64,000 nucleotides of DNA from Lachnospiraceae bacterium (GTDB taxonomy: Bacteria > Bacillota > Clostridia > Lachnospirales > Lachnospiraceae). Shown in pieces: positions 59,073-64,000 of this stretch. Every line of letters starts with the position of its first letter. The first letter of the stretch is position 1. The position numbers and the translations under genes were made by a program. Below the pieces are notes generated by a model. The model had not been told where the DNA came from. It searched no databases and worked only from the letters and a program-made list of their open reading frames with translations. The stretch is from NCBI GenBank assembly GCA_031556725.1, contig JAVBSL010000016.1, positions 6,364-70,363 on the forward strand, written 5' to 3'.

Positions 59073-60554
59073 TTAAAAAGGATTTTCGGTTTTGTAGCGT
59101 GCGTTCTTTGGCTGATTGTAGCCGATTTCTTCTACGTCTACGCCGATATATTTGAATACTTCATATAAAGCTTTGCCGAAGTGACCAAATGCTACAGCAC
59201 CGTGGTGAGGATAGTTTCCTTCGATCAGTACGTGGCGGTAAAATCTTCCCATCTCCGGAATAGCGAATACACCGATACCACCAAAGGATTTGGTTGCTAC
59301 AGGGAGAACTTCGCCGTGTGCAATGTAAGCGCGAAGAATATTATCAGCGGTTGACTGTAAGCGGTAGAAGGTAATATCGCCAGGCATGATATCGCCTTCC
59401 AGCGTTCCCTGTGTTACTTCTTCAGGCAGGTTTCTGGCCATGATCATCTGGTATTTCATATTACAGAAGGACAGCTTCTTGGAGTTGGTATTTCCGCAGT
59501 GGAAGCCCATGAAGGTATCTTTATGGGTATAGTCAAATTTACCTTTGATAGCTTCTTCATACATATCAGCCGGTACGGAGTTGTTGATATCAAGCAGGGT
59601 AACTACGTCATCGCTGACAGCAGTTCCGATAAACTCGCTTAAGCATCCATAAATATCTACTTCACAGGATACGGGAATGCCCATTCCGGTGAGACGGCTG
59701 TTTACGTAGCAGGGAACAAAACCAAACTGGGTCTGGAATGCCGGCCAGCATTTTCCGGCGATTGCAACATATTTACGATAGCCTTTGTGTGCCTCTACCC
59801 AATCCAACAGGGTCAGTTCATACTGAGCCAGTTTCGGTAATACTTCGGGTTTCATATTGCCCTGTCCCAGTTCCTCTTCCATTTCTTTCACTTTAGCAGG
59901 GATTCTGGGGTCATTATCCAATTTATGATATGCTTCGAATAAATCTAATTCTGAGTTCTCTTCGATTTCCACGCCCAGGTTGTAAAGCTGCTTAATGGGT
60001 GCATTACAAGCCAGGAAGTTAAGCGGGCGGGGACCGAAGCTGATAATCTTTAAGTCTTTCAAACCAACGATTGCGCGGGCAATGGGAACAAACTCATTGA
60101 TCATATCTGCACATTCTTCAGCGTTTCCTACCGGATATTCCGGGATATAAGCTTTGATGTTACGAAGCTTCAGGTTGTAGCTGGCATTCAGCATACCACA
60201 GTATGCATCACCACGTCCGCCAACCAGATCATTCTGTGATTCTTCTGCTGCTGCTACGAACATAGCCGGTCCGTCAAAATGTTTCGCTAACAAAGTTTCG
60301 GAGATTTCCGGTCCGAAGTTGCCTAAGTAAACACATAATGCGTTACAGCCGGCAGCTTTGATATCCTCTAATGCCTGTACCATGTGGATTTCACTTTCCA
60401 CAATACAGATCGGACATTCATAGATGTCTGCTTTTCCGTATTTGTCCTCATATGCTTTGATTAACGCTTTTCTTCTGTTTACCGATAAAGACTCCGGAAA
60501 ACAGTCACGGCTTACAGCCACGATACCAATTTTTACTTGTGGTAAATTATTCAT
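59073..60554 (-). CDS. L-fucose/L-arabinose isomerase family protein
   Basis: 493 aa with the family-typical N-terminus (KIGIVAVSRDCFP) and a C-terminal catalytic region. The substrate is unknown. Confidence 0.8.
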   Translation of the reverse strand: MNNLPQVKIGIVAVSRDCFPESLSVNRRKALIKAYEDKYGKADIYECPICIVESEIHMVQALEDIKAAGCNALCVYLGNFGPEISETLLAKHFDGPAMFVAAAEESQNDLVGGRGDAYCGMLNASYNLKLRNIKAYIPEYPVGNAEECADMINEFVPIARAIVGLKDLKIISFGPRPLNFLACNAPIKQLYNLGVEIEENSELDLFEAYHKLDNDPRIPAKVKEMEEELGQGNMKPEVLPKLAQYELTLLDWVEAHKGYRKYVAIAGKCWPAFQTQFGFVPCYVNSRLTGMGIPVSCEVDIYGCLSEFIGTAVSDDVVTLLDINNSVPADMYEEAIKGKFDYTHKDTFMGFHCGNTNSKKLSFCNMKYQMIMARNLPEEVTQGTLEGDIMPGDITFYRLQSTADNILRAYIAHGEVLPVATKSFGGIGVFAIPEMGRFYRHVLIEGNYPHHGAVAFGHFGKALYEVFKYIGVDVEEIGYNQPKNARYKTENPF

Positions 60555-60607
60555 TTATTTAGCCTCCTTATCCTGCTTCTGTGCAGGTTATTTATTATTT
60601 AATATTA

Positions 60608-61225
60608 TTATTTTACGTCTAAGTTTTCTCCTACAAGACCCATGGGACTGCCTTCCGCCAATCCACCCTCAGGATGTCCCAGCAGCCATTTATTTACTGC
60701 CGTAAGATGTCCGTCTTCGCCGCCTGCATGAGAAGCCTTCAAGGGGTAATTGGTGCCCTTGGGTAAAACGATGGTAACTCGGAAACCATTGCCATCCACT
60801 GAGCAGGGTGCATAATGCAGGCTGGTTCCATAAAGCTCTACCGCACTTCCCTTGGGAAGCAGAAAAGCTTCCGCTTTGGCTGTATCATAGGTAAAATCAG
60901 CCGTGATGTCCTGCTGCATTCCCAGGATCAGGATGGCATCGGTAGCAGCCACATTGATCTCCGAACCTTTATGATACTCAAAAGCGTTCAGTTTGGTATT
61001 GTGTCCGTTGCAATAGCCGATTTGAATCGGCATCTCGCCATAAGCCTTAACTTCCAACTCCTTCATCACCGGAAGGGCTTCCAGTTCCGCAATGCTGGGC
61101 TCATATACCACATCTGCCGGCAGAGGTGTATTCTGCATGGCCTCAACTAATGCTGTAAAATCTACGTCATCCACAATGCGTCCATATTTTTTGAAAGCAT
61201 CGTCTGTTACTTTTAAAACATTCAT
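60608..61225 (-). CDS. DUF4867-like protein (cupin/ureidoglycolate-lyase-like fold suspected)
   Basis: 205 aa. It sits between the kinase and the isomerase. The family name comes from recollection of similar clostridial operons. Confidence 0.55.
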   Translation of the reverse strand: MNVLKVTDDAFKKYGRIVDDVDFTALVEAMQNTPLPADVVYEPSIAELEALPVMKELEVKAYGEMPIQIGYCNGHNTKLNAFEYHKGSEINVAATDAILILGMQQDITADFTYDTAKAEAFLLPKGSAVELYGTSLHYAPCSVDGNGFRVTIVLPKGTNYPLKASHAGGEDGHLTAVNKWLLGHPEGGLAEGSPMGLVGENLDVK

Positions 61226-61237
61226 TACCTTTCCTCC

Positions 61238-62707
61238 TTATTTAATTTTCTCAAAAATGGATTTGCAAGCCGGATAGATTTCCTTAAACTGCTGATATCT
61301 TGCTTCGTACTTGGCCACCAGCTCTGCTTCCGGCTCTACCGTATCTACCACCTTAACAATTTTGGCTGCTGCCGCTTCAACACTTTCAAATTCACCGCAG
61401 GCTACTGCTGCCAGCATGGCACCGCCTAAAGCCGGTCCTTCTTCACTTTCGATTACATCTACCTTTAAATTCAGGATATTGGCAATCATCTTTTTCCATA
61501 AGGGACTCTTGGCTCCGCCACCGCAGATTTTGGTTCTTTCGATCTTAATTCCCAATGATTTGGCCACTTCAAAGGAATCTCTTAAAGCAAAAGCCACACC
61601 TTCCAATACAGCCTGGGTCATATCGGTTCTGGTAGTATCCATGGTCATTCCGATAAAAGTACCTCTGGCATCCGGATTGTTATGGGGAGACCGCTCGCCC
61701 ATCAGGTAAGGCAGGAAATAAACATGATTATCGCCAAGTCCGCTGATATCTCTTTGTTCTTCCGCATATTTATTGGTTCCGATAATATCTTCCATCCACC
61801 ATTTGTTGCAGGAAGCGGCACTGAGCATACATCCCATCAGATGATAGGTTCCGTCAGCATGGGCAAAAGCATGAAGGGCATTGTATTTATCCACCCCAAA
61901 CTTCTTGGAAGAAATAAAGATGGTCCCGCTGGTTCCCAGGGAAATATTACACATACCATCGCCTACCGTTCCGGTTCCCACTGCTGCTGCGGCATTATCA
62001 CCGGCACCTGCTGCCACTTTTACCGCCTCTGGCAATCCCAGTTCTGCTGCCACTGCCGGTGTTATGGTACCAACTGCTTCATAGCTTTCATAAAGCTTAG
62101 GCAGCATATCGGTGGTTATGCCGCAGATATCACACATTTCTTTGGACCAGCAGCGATTCTTCACATCCATCAGAAGCATTCCGGAAGCATCCGATACATC
62201 GGTACAATTTACGCCGGTAAGTTTATATGCTATGTAATCCTTAGGCAGCATAATCCTGGCAATCCGGGCGAAATTCTCCGGTTCTTTATTCTTTACCCAC
62301 AGTACCTTCGGGGCCGTAAACCCAGTAAACGAAATGTTGGCCGTGTACTCGGATAATTTATCCTTACCAATTACCTGATTCAAATAATCACATTCCTCGT
62401 AAGTCCGGCCATCATTCCATAAAATCGCCGGACGGATTACCTGATCCTGATCATCCAAAATCACCAGGCCATGCATCTGACCGCCAAAGCTGATACCGGC
62501 CACCTGAGACTTGTCGGCTCCCGCCAGCAGTTCCTTGATCCCTGCCATGGTCTGTTCATACCAATCTTCCGGTTTCTGTTCTGACCATCCGGGATGAGGA
62601 AAATAAAGGGGATATTCTTTAGATACAATATTCTGTATCTTTCCTTCTCCATCCATCAATAGTAACTTTACTGCGCTTGTCCCCAAATCAACACCAATAT
62701 ATAGCAT
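61238..62707 (-). CDS. xylB: Xylulokinase (FGGY carbohydrate kinase)
   Basis: 489 aa; MLYIGVDLGTSAVK N-terminus and FGGY signature regions (GGGAKSPLW). Confidence 0.9.
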   Translation of the reverse strand: MLYIGVDLGTSAVKLLLMDGEGKIQNIVSKEYPLYFPHPGWSEQKPEDWYEQTMAGIKELLAGADKSQVAGISFGGQMHGLVILDDQDQVIRPAILWNDGRTYEECDYLNQVIGKDKLSEYTANISFTGFTAPKVLWVKNKEPENFARIARIMLPKDYIAYKLTGVNCTDVSDASGMLLMDVKNRCWSKEMCDICGITTDMLPKLYESYEAVGTITPAVAAELGLPEAVKVAAGAGDNAAAAVGTGTVGDGMCNISLGTSGTIFISSKKFGVDKYNALHAFAHADGTYHLMGCMLSAASCNKWWMEDIIGTNKYAEEQRDISGLGDNHVYFLPYLMGERSPHNNPDARGTFIGMTMDTTRTDMTQAVLEGVAFALRDSFEVAKSLGIKIERTKICGGGAKSPLWKKMIANILNLKVDVIESEEGPALGGAMLAAVACGEFESVEAAAAKIVKVVDTVEPEAELVAKYEARYQQFKEIYPACKSIFEKIK

Positions 62708-62739
62708 TTTCTACCTCCTTATATATCTGTTTCTCCTGT

Positions 62740-62753
62740 TGTGCTCGAGCACA
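62740..62753. promoter_or_regulatory. Perfect 14-bp palindrome TGTGCTCGAGCACA, candidate LacI-family operator in front of xylB
   Basis: Read directly, 33 nt upstream of the xylB ATG. The shape matches LacI/GalR operators (TGnnnnCGnnnnCA). Confidence 0.55.
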
Positions 62754-62886
62754 TTTAATGGTTTTACTTTTTGTGCCGATGTATCAACCGGATGTTTTTA
62801 TCATAGTACTTTTTTTCATAAAAATCAATAGAAAGTTTTGACTTTTTCGGTCCTTTGTGTTAATTTTTATGTAATGCTTTATTTCT

Positions 62887-62911
62887 CGTGTGTCCGTGCA
62901 CGTTTCACACG
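62887..62911. promoter_or_regulatory. Near-palindrome CGTGTG-tc-CGTGCACG-ttt-CACACG upstream of the LacI-family gene
   Basis: Read directly. It is a possible second or autoregulatory operator. Confidence 0.35.
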
Positions 62912-62944
62912 TAATATATTTTTTGAAAAGGAGTTTATCCTGAT

Positions 62945-63967
62945 ATGACTACTATCCGTGAAATCGCCGAACTGGCAGGTGTCTCCAGGGGCACTGTAGA
63001 CAGAGTTTTAAATAAAAGAGGGGCTGTAAATCCTCAAACCGAAGAACGCATCTGGGAAATTGCCAAAGCCCTTAATTATAAACCCAACAAAGCCGGCATT
63101 GTTCTGGCGGCTCAAAAGAGAAAGCTGGTATTAGGCGTGGTTTTGTTTGGTTCAGGAAATCCTTTTTTTGATCTGGTTGAAATGGGAATTACCAAGAAAG
63201 CAAAAGAATTGGATGAATATAATTGTTCGGTTGTCGTAAAGAGAGTGGCTGACGGCGTGGAAGAACAGTTAGCGGCTATTAACGAATTGTTGGAAGAGGG
63301 GATTCACGGCCTGGCCCTCTCTCCTTATAATGATGAGCGAATCATTCAGGCTATCACCAGATGTCATGAACAGAATATCCCGGTAGTTACTCTTAATACC
63401 GACATTCCTTCCGCCAAGCGGATGGCTTATGTAGGCAGCAATTATTTTCACTCCGGTGAAACTGCCGGCGGATTGATGCACCTTATCACCCATGATGAGG
63501 TAAATATCGGCATTGTCACCGGTTCCCCCAACGTTTTGTGTCATACCGAGCGGATTGCCGGCTTTTCCGCCTGTATCGCCGAGCATTATCCACAGTTAAA
63601 AATTATCCAGACTGTCGAAAACAATGATGATGATATTGTCAGTTATGATCTGACTACCAAATTACTGACTGAGCACCCCGAGATTAATGCTCTGTTCTTT
63701 ACTGCCGGGGGCGTTTATGGCGGCTGCCGGGCGGTAACCACCCTGGGGCGTGAAAAAGATATGACCATTCTCACTTTTGATGATATTCCTACCACCAAAG
63801 AGTATATTTTAAATAACATTATCTCTGCTACCATTTGTCAGCAGCCGGTATTACAAGGTTCTAAGCCTCTGGATATTTTATTTGCCTATCTTACAACCGG
63901 CGAGTTGCCTCGTAAGGAAATGAATTATACCCAGGTGGATATCCGGATTAAGGAAAATATGTACTAA
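62945..63967 (+). CDS. LacI-family transcriptional regulator
   Basis: 340 aa with an N-terminal HTH (MTTIREIAELAGVSRGTVDRVLN) and a periplasmic-binding-protein-like sugar-binding domain. Confidence 0.9.
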   Translation: MTTIREIAELAGVSRGTVDRVLNKRGAVNPQTEERIWEIAKALNYKPNKAGIVLAAQKRKLVLGVVLFGSGNPFFDLVEMGITKKAKELDEYNCSVVVKRVADGVEEQLAAINELLEEGIHGLALSPYNDERIIQAITRCHEQNIPVVTLNTDIPSAKRMAYVGSNYFHSGETAGGLMHLITHDEVNIGIVTGSPNVLCHTERIAGFSACIAEHYPQLKIIQTVENNDDDIVSYDLTTKLLTEHPEINALFFTAGGVYGGCRAVTTLGREKDMTILTFDDIPTTKEYILNNIISATICQQPVLQGSKPLDILFAYLTTGELPRKEMNYTQVDIRIKENMY

Positions 63968-64000
63968 AGGCTTTTATATGATTTCAAAATAATTTCTTTT

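Overview
This looks like a chromosomal window from a low-GC Gram-positive anaerobe. Gene content and order resemble Clostridia/Lachnospiraceae, but that is inference only. I call about 58 protein genes, and all but 7 are on the minus strand.

Housekeeping blocks, in order:
- rho, rpmE, DUF1385, prmC, prfA.
- An aromatic 2-oxoacid module: iorA, iorB, paaK-like ligase, ACT protein, with an acyl-CoA synthetase and a Na+/solute symporter.
- A beta-CASP nuclease, thyA, folA, ilvE.
- A P-type ATPase, tRNA-Gly(GCC), a GH3 hexosaminidase, an MCP, glyA.
- A DAG-kinase-like protein, PAP2 and GT2.
- DUF1653, a 5'-nucleotidase and an SfsA::MutY fusion.
- holA, typA, tyrS with a Tyr T-box leader, a LytTR/DUF3021 pair, mgtE, yigZ and PBP1A.
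- A LacI-controlled operon: xylulokinase, DUF4867, fucose-isomerase-like protein.

Positions 49.9-58.5 kb are a visibly more AT-rich accessory block. It carries small GNAT, 2H-phosphoesterase, Nudix, deaminase and membrane genes plus two decayed genes. I see no rRNA, CRISPR array, intact transposase, integrase or reverse transcriptase.

The most unusual signal is non-coding: a family of very long (about 130-270 nt) near-perfect hairpin elements in intergenic or UTR positions.
- Two copies (41787-41998 and 58858-59056) share a near-identical core but have different, still self-complementary outer arms.
- A third copy (37399-37531) looks like a core-deleted relative. Its mismatches resolve as G.U only on the mRNA-sense strand.
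- A fourth, sequence-distinct 272-nt palindrome sits at 32184-32455.
- One copy lies inside the tyrS leader, between the T-box terminator and the RBS.

A near-consensus promoter also drives an ORF-free, purine-rich leader of about 570 nt (26502-27105).

All calls come from reading the sequence and ORF translations by eye. No database searches or folding programs were run.
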